A stretch of 63,846 nucleotides of DNA, filler included, from Licmophora abbreviata (Eukaryota): NCBI GenBank assembly GCA_900291995.1. It is 17 parts of 17 records of this genome, joined end to end, with 100 filler letters (N's around TTAATTAATTAA, not from the genome) between each part and the next. Parts side by side here need not be neighbours in the genome. Positions count along the whole stretch, not along the records: positions 45,386 to 48,188 come from OLMU01004786.1; positions 48,289 to 51,564 come from OLMU01004787.1; positions 51,665 to 54,065 come from OLMU01004788.1; positions 54,166 to 59,931 come from OLMU01004790.1; 13 more parts are not named here. The stretch is one strand, 5' to 3'. Position 1 is the stretch's first letter. Every line of letters starts with the position of its first letter. This document shows, piece after piece, positions 47,701 through 59,147 of the stretch. The notes under the pieces were generated by a model. The model did not search any database. It worked only from the letters and a program-made list of their open reading frames with translations, and was not told where the DNA came from. The position numbers were made by a program, and so were the translations under genes.

Positions 47701-48994
47701 CAAATTCACCTTGTCCGGAGAATAATCAGGAGTAGCTTCTACAGGAGAAGACTGATCGCTCCCGTTGACATCGCCTCCCGAATTTCGAGCCATGTTGTAA
47801 GCTTCCATCCGGTTAAACACTGCTCGCAACATGTCAAGCAACGCCGATCTCGCTGCCTCTTTGCAAGTAGCCGACTTGGTAACCAGATACACATGAAAGG
47901 TCGACCGAACGCACATTAGCATACTCGCTTCATGAACACCGCACTTGGGGGATGTCATGGTGGCCAACATGAATCTAACGACTTCAGTCTGAATTCCGTC
48001 TCCACTGCCTTCTTCGGACGACTTGTTGACGGCCTCCAACATTTGATGCAAAAGCGACGCCGGCGGCAACTTCAACTCTTCCCCTTCTTTCTTTGCCTGC
48101 AGGGCAGCCACTGCGTCCGACCCCGACCCCGACCGATCGTCCTTGCCCCCCGCTCGTCCCGACACATATCGATGCGCCACAAGCGCAGNNNNNNNNNNNN
48201 NNNNNNNNNNNNNNNNNNNNNNNNNNNNNNNNTTAATTAATTAANNNNNNNNNNNNNNNNNNNNNNNNNNNNNNNNNNNNNNNNNNNNCCACAAGCGCAG
48301 ACGTGCACGCCAATGCCAACTCGCACGCCTTGCTGGTTTTCCCTGGATGCACAATGACATTTCGATAAGTTTCCAGAGCCTTTTCGACAGTCTTGGGCAT
48401 GCGTTCGCGAGTCAACGGATCATCGTCCAACGAAAGCTGCGTCTCTGATGGCGGTGAAGCCTGCGTCGACAAGGTGCTAGTGTCCTGCGACATCTCTTCT
48501 GTTGCCGCGTCCGTGTTGTCACTGCTCGTTTCGAGTTTCTCCGCATTTTTGACAATTTCCATGGCACCCTCCAAGACTTCTTCTTTGTGGTGCTCTTCAG
48601 CTTCGTCATTGACCATCCAATCGGGAGGACTCAAGTCGATCATTTTGGGCGGCCATTGATGACCCTGAAACTCCTTCAGCAAGTCCGCCGTCTCTTGCAA
48701 CGATGCTAGAATGACCTGTGCACGCACGTAAAGTATCCACATTATGAGTGAGAAAGGCTTCGCTTTAAAATTTGGGTTCCCCCGACGTTTTGTTTCAGTT
48801 GTCTACTACGGTGTACGCACCTTATTGCGTCTTCCTCGCATTTCTCGCTGAATCTTGAGTGTCCTCTCGTGAATGGCGCCAATACGCGCTCGATGCCTCG
48901 CCAACGCCGCTTCTTCTTGGTTGCCATCCTCTTCAACAGGCACTTCCTCTGCAGCGAAACCTTCCAGGGCGTCAGACATGAGTGCCGATGCCAT
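41745..48994 (-). CDS. BIG/Sec7-family large ARF guanine-nucleotide exchange factor
   Basis: Sec7 motifs FRLPGEAQKIDRIMEKFA and IMLNTDLHNP. HUS box FLNYDCD. HDS motifs SWGPVLQCISQL, FAVDSLKQL, LRSGWK. Multi-exon; the 45286 and 48189 gaps have overlapping flanks. Confidence 0.92.
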
Positions 48995-49302
48995 GGTAAA
49001 GCTGTCCAAAGAGAGTATTTACTTGGTTGGAAGCATTGTGAATGCATGGGATCGGTCTGTCGTCGCTGAGTCTTGGCGTTGGCATTGAATTCTGTCGTAG
49101 AATCCTACGTCTGGTTGGTACCGAAATGACCCCATCTTCAGATTCAGACAACTGACCAAATTGAGAAACTGAACATTCTCAGTCGGGAGCTATACCATCA
49201 CACTGCCAGTAGAGCGCACAAAGATTCCCGATGAGCCTCCACGTGTCGTGCACAAGCTGATCTGATAAAACACACACGCAGCACATCATCACATCATCGA
49301 CC

Positions 49303-50532
49303 ATGACGACGGCCATCACCGCTGTCTCTCGATTGTTCACGACCATGCCGTCCTTCCAAATCTCCCTGTGGCGCCTTTTTCTTCTTGTTACACTCGTATC
49401 CCATGCTTCTAGTCAAAGCCTGGCTTCCTCTCTCTGGAAACGAGCCCGTCGTTTCGCGGATCTCTCCCACACCCTCGGTTCGCCCCGCCGCACCGCCAAG
49501 ACACCCTACGATCGTGTCATGGGACACCCCGTCTTTCAAGTCACCACTTCTTGGGGCGCTCCGTACATGAACTTCGAAAAGGTCGATCGGGGGAGCGAGG
49601 AGTCGTCTGCGACGGGTGGCAGCGGAGCCGACGTCATGGGCGCCGATTCGGAATCGAGGCCCGTCACGCTCTTTTACATGGACCCGCAGGATGCCATTCA
49701 GATGCACCAAGAAATGAGACAGATGGCCAACATGGGCAAAGCGGATATTCGATTGACATCCACGACTCTTGCAAAGGCACTCCGACAGGCCTCCAACTTT
49801 GGAAATGGACTTGTCACGGGGTCGCCCGTGGAGCCGCTCAATGGCAAACTCCCCAGTTCCAGTGAAGGTGGCTCCTTGCGGTACAAAATTGTGCCCCCGA
49901 AGCGGCAGTTATTCTATGCCGCGCGTTGCGTAGGAAAAGAGCGTGTCGGGTTGTTTGGAAGAGATGCTGCGGAAGATGCTGAGACCTTTGTCGAAGGCTC
50001 CAATTACATCCATCAAGTCAATCTCGATCGACGAAGCGATCGAAAGGAACGTAGGACCAATCGGGGACGGACCGCATCGCAGATTGCCAACGCGCACATG
50101 GAGGGCTACTCGGGGATTCCTGTATTTTATGCCCCTGAACTGAAACGCGTCTTCCCGAAAGTCAAGCAACTCGTCTGTGGAACCAAAGAGGAGAACCCGT
50201 TCTTTTTCTCGTACGAGGACTTGATGGACGCGTGGAGTACCATGAGACGTCGCAGGAGGCAAACTACTCCCGAGAGCCCAACATCAGTGGAAGTTTACAA
50301 CTTGATGGATGTGCTGACATCGATGGAACGAGAAGAATGGGTCAGGCGTCGAGGAGGTGGATTCCAGACATTTCTTAAGGACCCGGTTGGGACAATTCAG
50401 AAGAAGCTGAAACGACAAGGCGAACCAGATCTCGATACCATTACCTTTGTTCCTCCCAGCAACTGCGTCTCATATAAGGAATCCATTTCGAAACGGGGGA
50501 ATGGCAAGGCACGACTTCGTCCGATGCGGTAG
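49303..50532 (+). CDS. Tic22-family plastid import chaperone-like protein
   Basis: N-terminal hydrophobic signal. PVFQVTTSWGAPY, LFYMDPQDA, YKIVPPKRQL, GIPVFY, PFFFSYEDL, VEVYNLMDVL and ITFVPP follow the Tic22 motif order. Confidence 0.75.
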   Translation: MTTAITAVSRLFTTMPSFQISLWRLFLLVTLVSHASSQSLASSLWKRARRFADLSHTLGSPRRTAKTPYDRVMGHPVFQVTTSWGAPYMNFEKVDRGSEESSATGGSGADVMGADSESRPVTLFYMDPQDAIQMHQEMRQMANMGKADIRLTSTTLAKALRQASNFGNGLVTGSPVEPLNGKLPSSSEGGSLRYKIVPPKRQLFYAARCVGKERVGLFGRDAAEDAETFVEGSNYIHQVNLDRRSDRKERRTNRGRTASQIANAHMEGYSGIPVFYAPELKRVFPKVKQLVCGTKEENPFFFSYEDLMDAWSTMRRRRRQTTPESPTSVEVYNLMDVLTSMEREEWVRRRGGGFQTFLKDPVGTIQKKLKRQGEPDLDTITFVPPSNCVSYKESISKRGNGKARLRPMR

Positions 50533-50580
50533 TGTTTCACAGTCAGTCAATCTAAGTATTAGCTATGGTACATTGGTGTG

Positions 50581-51564
50581 TTATGATGGAATATTGTCGT
50601 TCTTGGACATTTCTTGTTGTATTCGGTCAGTAAAGATTAGGTCGGCACCACGACTGGCGACTGCACAGACTGTGCTATGCGTGTTACCATTCGGTGCAAC
50701 AGGAATGACACCGGCGTCGACAATTCGCAAACGATCGACACCTCGTACCCGCAGTCGCTCATCGACGACTGACATTGGGTCGTTGTGGTTTCCCATCTTT
50801 GTGCTGCCCACCCAATGACTGTTGGGAAGATGAAACGCCTTGACGTAGTCTCTTAGTTTTAGACCTGATACATCAGGGCCAGGATACACCTCCTCTGCCG
50901 TCATGTTCCAAAGGGGTGGAAAGGATCGTATCCGCCGTACTTCTTCCATGGCCCAGGTCAAGCGCAGCGCATCCATCTTGGATAGATAGTCTTTTCGGTC
51001 GCTTGGAAGATCAATGACAGGAAGATTGAATTCGTGAGAATCTCCAGAGGGTGACGAGAATATGGCAAAATCGCCATCCTCATTTGGTCGAGATGAGTGC
51101 ACCTCGTATCGAGCATCGGGATTGAGCAGGGCAGCTGTCACCAGCATAGTCTTGGATGTCAAAAGCTCTTCTGGACCATTCTCTCCAGAGACTTGCTCGT
51201 TGGAGTCACGCCGTCGCACATGTGGCTCCACAATGCGAGGAAAGATGGTAAGCTGAATGTCGGGGATATCGCCCTTGGCCCAAGGAGACGTCAAAAAGGC
51301 ACCAGCGGAGAACCCCGCGGTGCCCAACGTGCCGATGCGAGACGCAACCCGTCGCCACTCCTCAGTCGATACGTTCTGTCTGTCTTCCAGAAGCTGCGAC
51401 TCTTTGACAGCTAAAAAGTAGTCTTCCAGTTCAGAAGGGAGCGTGTAGATTGATGAGGCCTCTTCAGCAAGCTCTGGTACCAGCCGAAACGCCATTGCCA
51501 CGGCTGGATGATCCTGCAAGTTCTTTCCAACTCCCGGTACGCGAGCGATCGTTCCATCCTCACC
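50581..51564 (-). CDS. GMC oxidoreductase (choline dehydrogenase-like), C-terminal fragment
   Basis: VPGVGKNLQDHP, HWVGSTKMG, VVDERLRVRGVDRLRIVDAGVIP, NGNTH. The 5' end is lost in the gap. Confidence 0.88.
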   Translation of the reverse strand, partial: GEDGTIARVPGVGKNLQDHPAVAMAFRLVPELAEEASSIYTLPSELEDYFLAVKESQLLEDRQNVSTEEWRRVASRIGTLGTAGFSAGAFLTSPWAKGDIPDIQLTIFPRIVEPHVRRRDSNEQVSGENGPEELLTSKTMLVTAALLNPDARYEVHSSRPNEDGDFAIFSSPSGDSHEFNLPVIDLPSDRKDYLSKMDALRLTWAMEEVRRIRSFPPLWNMTAEEVYPGPDVSGLKLRDYVKAFHLPNSHWVGSTKMGNHNDPMSVVDERLRVRGVDRLRIVDAGVIPVAPNGNTHSTVCAVASRGADLIFTDRIQQEMSKNDNIPS

Positions 51565-52187
51565 NNNNNNNNNNNNNNNNNNNNNNNNNNNNNNNNNNNN
51601 NNNNNNNNTTAATTAATTAANNNNNNNNNNNNNNNNNNNNNNNNNNNNNNNNNNNNNNNNNNNNGGCCACGGCCATAACTCTTCAAAAGCCAGCGCGCCG
51701 GTACTTGGTTGGAGCGTTCAAGGAGATTGTCGCCATTCGACAGTGGCTCGGTGACGGAATTTACGATTCGTTAGTTTTGGCCGAGTACAAATCCATAGAG
51801 GCGAAGTGATGTATCTAGTAGAATGAATCAGAAACGATAAACAATACTCCTCTCCTTGTTGTAGGAATTGTGCCGACGCGGAACCGACAGGCGACACCAA
51901 TGCAAACTTGCGAGGATGATCGATGTCAGACGGACGAAACTCGTACAAATTATAGTCCACTGCTCGTAGGGTCGTTACTAGCGAAGCGATTGCAGCTTCC
52001 GTGCTCTCCGTTTCGACAGGTGGGCGACGGAGATCTGACCGTGGGGTCCTCACTTAGTCTAGTAATGGTTGGTAACCACTGGTTAGCTAGTAGGCGATTT
52101 ATAATTACTGTAGTGGACGCCTATGTTTTCCTGCTGGCCTCTAATCTCTGTGAGTCTTGTCAACTAACACGAACCTTTCTCGCGGCG

Positions 52188-53952
52188 TTAGGGCACCGTC
52201 GCGATCTTCATGGTCGCCGTCCGCTGGAGGCCTTCGTAGTACTCTTCAGTCGTGACAATGACAACATCGTCTCCCGACTGCACGAATCCCATGGCCTTGG
52301 CATCCTTCACAGCCACCTCGGGTCGCTTAGCCCATGACACACCGTCCAGTCCGACAATAGGATGCACTCCTCGGTGCAACATAAGCTGTCGCCCCATTTT
52401 AGCGCTAGAGCAGAAGGCCAAAATAGGAACGTCCGGTCGATAGGCTGATAGCAGTTGAGGCAGCGATCCTTGGGTCACTAGAACGAGAATTGCGGCCGCA
52501 CCTCGTTCAGTTGAAGCCGCCACAGCTGCCTTGCAGATGGCCGCATTGGCCGTCGAAGGAGCATGGAACGGGACTGCCTTGTGCGGCGGGGCGCCAATAC
52601 CACCGCTCTGGCTGTATCCCTCCGCACTGAGAATGATCTCGTCCATCATGCGCACAGAATCCACAGGATAAGAGCCTTTTGCAGTTTCCCCACTCAACAT
52701 GACACAGTCGGCTCCGTCATACACCGCATTGGTCACATCGCTGACTTCCGCACGCGTTGGTCGAGGACTGTTTGCCATACTCTCCAGCATTTGCGTCGCT
52801 ACAATCACTGGTTTCCCGACGGCATTGCAGGCGGCAATCATCTCCTTTTGCGCATTCGTCACTTGCTGAATGGGAAGCTCGACACCCAAATCACCACGTG
52901 CCACCATGATACCATCGGAAGCTGCAAGAATGTCATCAAAGTGTGTCAATGCGGAAACTGTTTCAATCTTAGAAATCAGCAACGGCAATGGACCAGTGTA
53001 CTGTAGCTCCTTGGCGCACTCCTCTAGGTACCTTCGAATTTCAAGAACGTTCTCTGCATTCTGAATAAAGGATGCCGCCACAAAGTCAACGTCTTTCGTC
53101 ATGCCATAGAGAATGTCAGCTTTGTCCTTATCGCTCATGGCCGGCAAGTCTGTTTCGGCGCCAGGAAGATTGACGCCGGCCCGCGACCGCAGCTTTCCAG
53201 AGTTCAATATACTGCACTGGACTGTCCCATGATATTGCTTACTGGACTCGACACTTTCCACTTTCAATGCGACAGCACCATCGTCTAACAAGACCTTCAT
53301 TCCTGGACGGAGCGAGAGGTGAAGATGATCGTAGTCAATGAAGAGTTCGTCTGTCGTCGATCCCTGCTCAGCGAACTCAGGATCGGTCCGGAGTGTGATG
53401 GTCTTCCCCGCTTCCAGAGCAATGGTTTCTTTTCCTGAATGGTCATTCTGTAATTTTCCACTCCGAATTTCCGGTCCCCTCGTATCCAAAAGAGTCGCAC
53501 GTAGATTGACTTCGTCGGCAGGATTGGTGTCGTCCAGGTGCACATGGAGCCCATGGCACTTTCGGAGATTGGTCGTACGTAGCTCAACTTCTTCCTTGGT
53601 GGCATGCGAAAAGTTAAGACGCATAATGCGCATCCCACTCTGGACGACTTGCTGCATGACATCGAGCTGTTCCGAGGCAGGCCCGATGGTGGCGACAATC
53701 TTGGTGAGGGGTGGAGACCAGGTCGGGGTAGTGCCCTTGGAGGTAGTGTGGCCATTTCCAGTGGGGTCAGGAAGGTCAAACTTGGTCTGAATGGGTGGGG
53801 TAGGAGCAGGACGAGGATAGAGAACGGAACACTGCGCTCCCGTGACCAGGAAGGAGCACACTGCGGCGAGACGCTACCGAAGCGGTGAGAGCCCCAGATC
53901 GACGACGCAGCGCTGCTGCAGATGACGAGGACGCGATTCTAAGAAGTAGCAT
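52188..53952 (-). CDS. PK: Pyruvate kinase, probably mitochondrial
   Basis: TKIVATIGPAS, RLNFSH, DTRGPEIR, ISKIE, IMVARGDLGVE, ATQMLESM, PTRAEVSDV, MLSGETAKG. The Arg/Ser/Ala-rich presequence from ATG 53952 is one base out of frame with the body (intron or indel). Confidence 0.93.
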
Positions 53953-54165
53953 CCTGTAGTACTTTCAGGGGAGACTGGTGGTAGCAAGAGACTTCAGGGG
54001 GAGTCGAAACACGGCTGTCTCTCCTTGCAAGATGATAAGAATGAGAGGGCGAAGAAACTTGCAAANNNNNNNNNNNNNNNNNNNNNNNNNNNNNNNNNNN
54101 NNNNNNNNNTTAATTAATTAANNNNNNNNNNNNNNNNNNNNNNNNNNNNNNNNNNNNNNNNNNNN

Positions 54166-55404
54166 TGACATGAAAGTTGTGAAAGACTATAACGAAATGG
54201 CCGTTCGCAAAGTAAAGAATATACTGGGAGAGAATGCGGCGGTCTATGTCCCTGACTTGTTCAACTCTACGCTATGGAATGATGGCGAGTACTTGGCAAC
54301 GACCACCAACTCGTATCTGGACAGTCACTATTACCATGGTGAGTTATTCGTACACTCATGATGAGAGCGTATCGACAAACTATTCTGATAGCTAAAAGTG
54401 GTACTCATGTCGTCACTGTACCCCCGTTTCTTCCCTCTTTTTTGCCAGTCTTTGCTGAAAACACTCGTGCCTTGTCGCCCCGACAGCACATTGCATTTGC
54501 GTGTCAGCACAACGCAGAGGATACGGAATCCTGCTGCTATTCTGACCCGCCTCATAACACACAGGCCATCAGTCATGGTGTCTCTCGAATCATTGGAGAA
54601 TGGAGTGCGTCTTTTGATACTCTGGTTGCTTCAAAACTGCAGCATGTCATGTTGGGAATCGCGAGTATCGGAGAGGCACCTGAGTTGAATCGGAATATGA
54701 GCAAGGCGCGACAAGACTTCATGAAACATTTTGTCGAGGCTCAAATGGTGGTTTATGAGGCTGCCAGTAAGAGAGTATCAAGTGGGTGGTTCTATTGGAC
54801 GCTCAAGACAGAGTGAGTCGTTAGACGGGGTCGTCGTTGGCATAGTGCTGCTTGCGCTAGTTGTGTCGCTCATGGCCTGCGACTTCGCCCCCCTCACTTT
54901 CATATCTATAGAGGCGGCGCATTTGCAGAGTGGAACTTTTTGCGTGGACTCAAAGAGGGATGGATTCCACCGCTGCCGGCGACTGATGTATCCTCAGAGT
55001 CAATTTTCGGCTCTTGCTACGATATCATGTTTGATACTGTGGACGAAATGTCCATTGTCGACGAATTCCCGAATCCGACGGTAGAAGAGACCTGGACAGG
55101 ACCGGATATTGACGATGATGTGGTAGTGAGCCACGGAGAAAGTCTGCGAGCGGATGTGTCGAAAGGAAAGAGTGGCGACTCCCGGGTATCTGGCGACCAA
55201 AGCGGCGACGCTGCTCCGGCCGAGGACACAGATGACGACGAGAAAGCGAAGACGGACGGGAGACGAACCAGTTTCTTGTTGTTGCTGGCCATCGGCTTCT
55301 TTGCTTGGGCCATCAAACGAGTCTTCTTTGCGGACTACAACCCCCTGAAGCGAAGCCAGTACAGTGAACTTGGATCCTCCCAGCCTGTCACTATGGCGGT
55401 ATGA
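54166..55404 (+). CDS. GH5 exo-1,3-beta-glucanase-like protein with C-terminal membrane anchor, 5' truncated
   Basis: YLDSHYYH|VF, IIGEWSAS (nucleophile Glu), GWFYWTLKTE|GGAFAEWNF. Introns 54339-54448 and 54813-54911. TM segment FLLLLAIGFFAWAI. Confidence 0.85.
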
Positions 55405-55743
55405 TCAATGCGCCTTTCTGCCTTGAGGCCATTTGATGAGTTACGTAGACCTACCGGCACAGTGGCTGGACTACAACTGATTGCCATCACCGACCCTGTC
55501 CGGGGCTCGTACCAAAGCCTAAGTGCCCATGGCGCAAGCATCAAAGTAAATCGATTCTCACCCGCTTCTGACGGACTGTACTGAGAATAGACCATAGATC
55601 TATAAAACTGCAATGATCGTCCTATCGAGATACTTAAATCTACAAACTGCGACCAAGAGACCCTCAAAAATCAGCTCTTGCCGCAAGCGAATGACAGTTT
55701 GGAAATGCACAAGGTGTATACATCGGACGGCGACGCAAAGTTC

Positions 55744-58700
55744 TCACGTGACTCGAGGATCTCTCTCGTTCACGCCCTCGAATGCGGCCTTTCGGGCCAA
55801 GTTCACAGCTGCTTCCGTTGCCTTGAGGCTCTGCTCCGAGTTGCCCTTGATAGTGCCCTCTTTCAGTTTTTCTCTTGCAATCTCGTACGCCAGAGCAGCC
55901 TTTTCCCGTGTGTCAAATACCCCGATATACCTTGATTTACCTGCATAGTACAATTGTGCTTGCTGTGTTGAGAGAGGGGGCGATGGGCAAAGAAATTAGA
56001 GATATGAACAAAACGATCAAATTAGAATGGTGAGTTCACAAAGCGGACTGCGCGCTTACCCATTTTCCCGAAGGACGCATCGTTACACCACGCATAATGG
56101 CCGCTGCGAGATTGGCAGCTTTCTCGTTGCTTCCACCGCTCGCAGCATTCATTGCTTTTATCGCTGCCGCGACTTTCTGCCTCTCCGCAGGATCGGCGAC
56201 CGAGGAAGTTTTCCTCTTCCTTCCCGCCTTGTTGGGTGACTTGCGCGGCTTTTTCGCAGGAGTGTCTTTCGAGTCGCCCAATCGCTTTCCTGGGCCTTTC
56301 GTGCCTCTTCCTTTCTTCGGAGCCAGTGCCCCTCCTTTCCCTGCACCATGCGGCGGTCCTGGGTACATCATGTGACCTGGGTGAGGGTGAGGTGGGTAGT
56401 AGTGTGGCATACCGCTCATCGGATGAGGCGCGTACATCGGGTGGTAGTGGGGTGGACGAGTGAACTTTCCGTCGGCATAGTGCGGACGATGAGGCGAGCC
56501 CCCTGCATGCCTCGCAGGTGACCCTCCCGTATCCTTCGGCATAGGTGGAGGACCCCCGACCACAACTCGCATGCTTCCGCCAGGCGGCATACCTGGGATT
56601 GATCCAGGAATGGGGTAGTACGGAGGCATTTCTGGTCCAACCGGAGGATATCGCGGTAAAGCTCCAGGAATAGTGTAACTTGTATTTCCAACAGGGCCGT
56701 TCTCTCCGCTGGCTCTCTTGCTCGCTGCATCACCCTTTCTTGATGATCTCTTTTTATCATCTTCCCTGCTATGCGTCCTAAGTTTGTCAGCATGAGCCTT
56801 CGATCCACCTTTTCCGAAGAATATCTCCTTTGAGCCGCCAGAAGAGCTCGACCTAATAGCCAGAGGAGGAGGGGTAAAATCATTCGCCCCGCCTGCATCT
56901 CTTGCCGAGCTCTTCTGGGCGAGCTTCGTCCCTCCCTCGGACTGTCCCCCGATTACAGGTAGCTGCAATCCAGGAAGGCTCGCCGAGGCTTCCATCCCGA
57001 TCTTGCGATCGCCGCCGGAACGAAACACGTGCGATCCACTGTAGAGTGACAACGAGAATGTAAGTCGGACTGCCGCACGATCACGAGAGCGACACCCATG
57101 AGAAGCGAGACGCGCCAACTTACGCGTTCAGTGTCACGTCCCTCGCCGACCTTGGAGTTGAATGCGAAGCTAGCTGTAATAGAACACTCAGATCCTCATC
57201 TTCCATCAAGTCACGCTCCGCCATGTGCACCCCTTCCAGATTCCCGTCTCCGCTCGACCTGCTACCAGATCGACCCTTGACTTGCTTCCCAGGTGAGTCT
57301 CCCAACAAAGGAAGGCCACGCACGCGCGTCTCGCCGATGTGTCGCGGCGACGCAAACACGTCACGATAAGGGGTGCTGTTCAGGCTGTCACCGGGACGAC
57401 CCGCTCGTCCAGACGGTCCATTACCAACTCGGCGCGACGCAACTGGGGAAATGCAAATCATACTGTTTGAATATCCCGCTTGGCCCCGCTTGGCAGCAGC
57501 CTCGGCCCTTGGTGATCCAAACTCGCTGTTCCGGGGCAAACTCGCAACGTCGGAAAAGAAGAAGGAAGTGCTCACTTGTGGCGTTCGTGGAGTTCGGGGA
57601 GCCGTAGCGCCCCGCGGTGTGTTGGCAACCGACAGTAAGCCCCCTGGTGAAAAAATCCCATTTGCAGTTGGCGACTGGAGCCATGCGAGAACTGAACGAC
57701 AGATCGAAAATATGTGAGCTTTCAATCCCTAACGTGAGACCACATTGCATGGATCACCTAAAGTACGCACCATTCGAAGCATCAAACGAAGCAGTCTGAT
57801 GATGCCCCTTGCCAAAGTCAAATGTGAAATCTGTCGGTGTCGCCACCACTCGTTCGCGTTCCTGATCCCTCGCTGAGTAGTCGTTCTCTTTACCACCGTC
57901 CTTTCCTAAATCCGCGGGAAGCTTACTGTCTCCGTTCTTGCTGTCCTTGTGATCTTCAAGCTCAAACGATGGAACTGGCTTCAATTTTGAGGCGAGCGAC
58001 GGGTGTGGGGGAGACGGAGACAAGAATATACCAGCCGGTGACGCCATCTTGGATTCCGACAGCGATGGCAGCGTGTGGAACTTCCCTGCCGATGGCGACT
58101 TTGACGGTGTCTTCCTTGGCTGCATGCCAGAGAGTTGAACGCATGAAAGCAACAACGAAAAGCAATGATGAGAGAAGCTTAGTTTTGTAGATCAAATACA
58201 CTCATAGAACTTCATTGCACGACGCACCGTTTCTGCCAAACGCATCGGATCCGATGGTGGCGGTGGAGGAGAGAAGGTCACGTTTCGTTTCCTGCCTGAC
58301 CGTCCTGCTCCGCTTTGAACTTTGTAGGAGGAGCATCAGCTGGTTTCCGACTTGCCGCCGATCGATTCGCTGTTCCCTCCAAAGGCGAATTTTCCAAGTC
58401 GTGCGGGGCCAAAGGACTTGTTGTATCGATCATGGACGCGTCGAGAGAAATGGAGGAGGGCCGACCGCGTCCGTCTGATGGAGCATCCGCTGAGACCACC
58501 CGTGCCGCCGGCTTTGTATCTTCTTTGGCAACAGGAGTCGACTTGCTATTGTCCGTCTTTCCTCCTAACGGTCCACTCGAAAGACCAGATCCAGCCGAGC
58601 AAAGAGTCGGAACCGTATCACTGTCATCCTTCTTGTTACGCTGCGGACTCCGATATGTTTTGAATTCCAGAATATCCTTCGAAGGCTGACCCAACGATGG

Positions 58701-59147
58701 CATTCCTCCTCCTTGCATCATTCGTCCAGGAGATCCATACCGACCACCCCGACGTGACACTAACCCACGTTTGCTCTTTCGTTCCTTCTCTTCCTTATCA
58801 TTGTCCTTGGTAGTCATAGCGTGCCGACCGAATCGAACGTGCTTTTCACCAGCATCGTCCTTGTGCTTGGCCGTGCCTTCCTTACCATCACGAGAGTTGG
58901 ATTCGGGTGGAGTCACAGTAATATTGCTCACGGCAGTCGGTGTCGTAACGTCTTCTTGGTTCGTCGTCGTTGCGGCGGCCGCTTCAATTCTACTGCTGCT
59001 TCGAGTACTCCTCTTGTTTCTAGTGTTGTGTTTCATACTTTCCGTCTTGTCCGACTGTTGTTCGCGATCCGGAGTAGCAAAAGAGGTCTGATGCTTGGCA
59101 GCAGATGCGACTCCGGCCTTGGACCGTGATTGTTCCGTCCTTGGCAT
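55744..59147 (-). CDS. AP2/ERF-domain transcription factor with long disordered N-terminus
   Basis: RGVTMRPSGKW|QAQLYYAGKSRYIGVFDTREKAALAYE is an AP2 domain. Exons approx. 59147-58229, 58119-57771, 57691-57124, 57038-56060, 55962-55744. Apparent 1-nt frameshift near 58285. Alternative start at 59216. Confidence 0.8.

Noticed and set aside
51665..52187. Short ORFs or ncRNA between the GMC and pyruvate kinase genes
   Set aside because: No motif, splice or structure support; likely 3'UTR or intergenic DNA.
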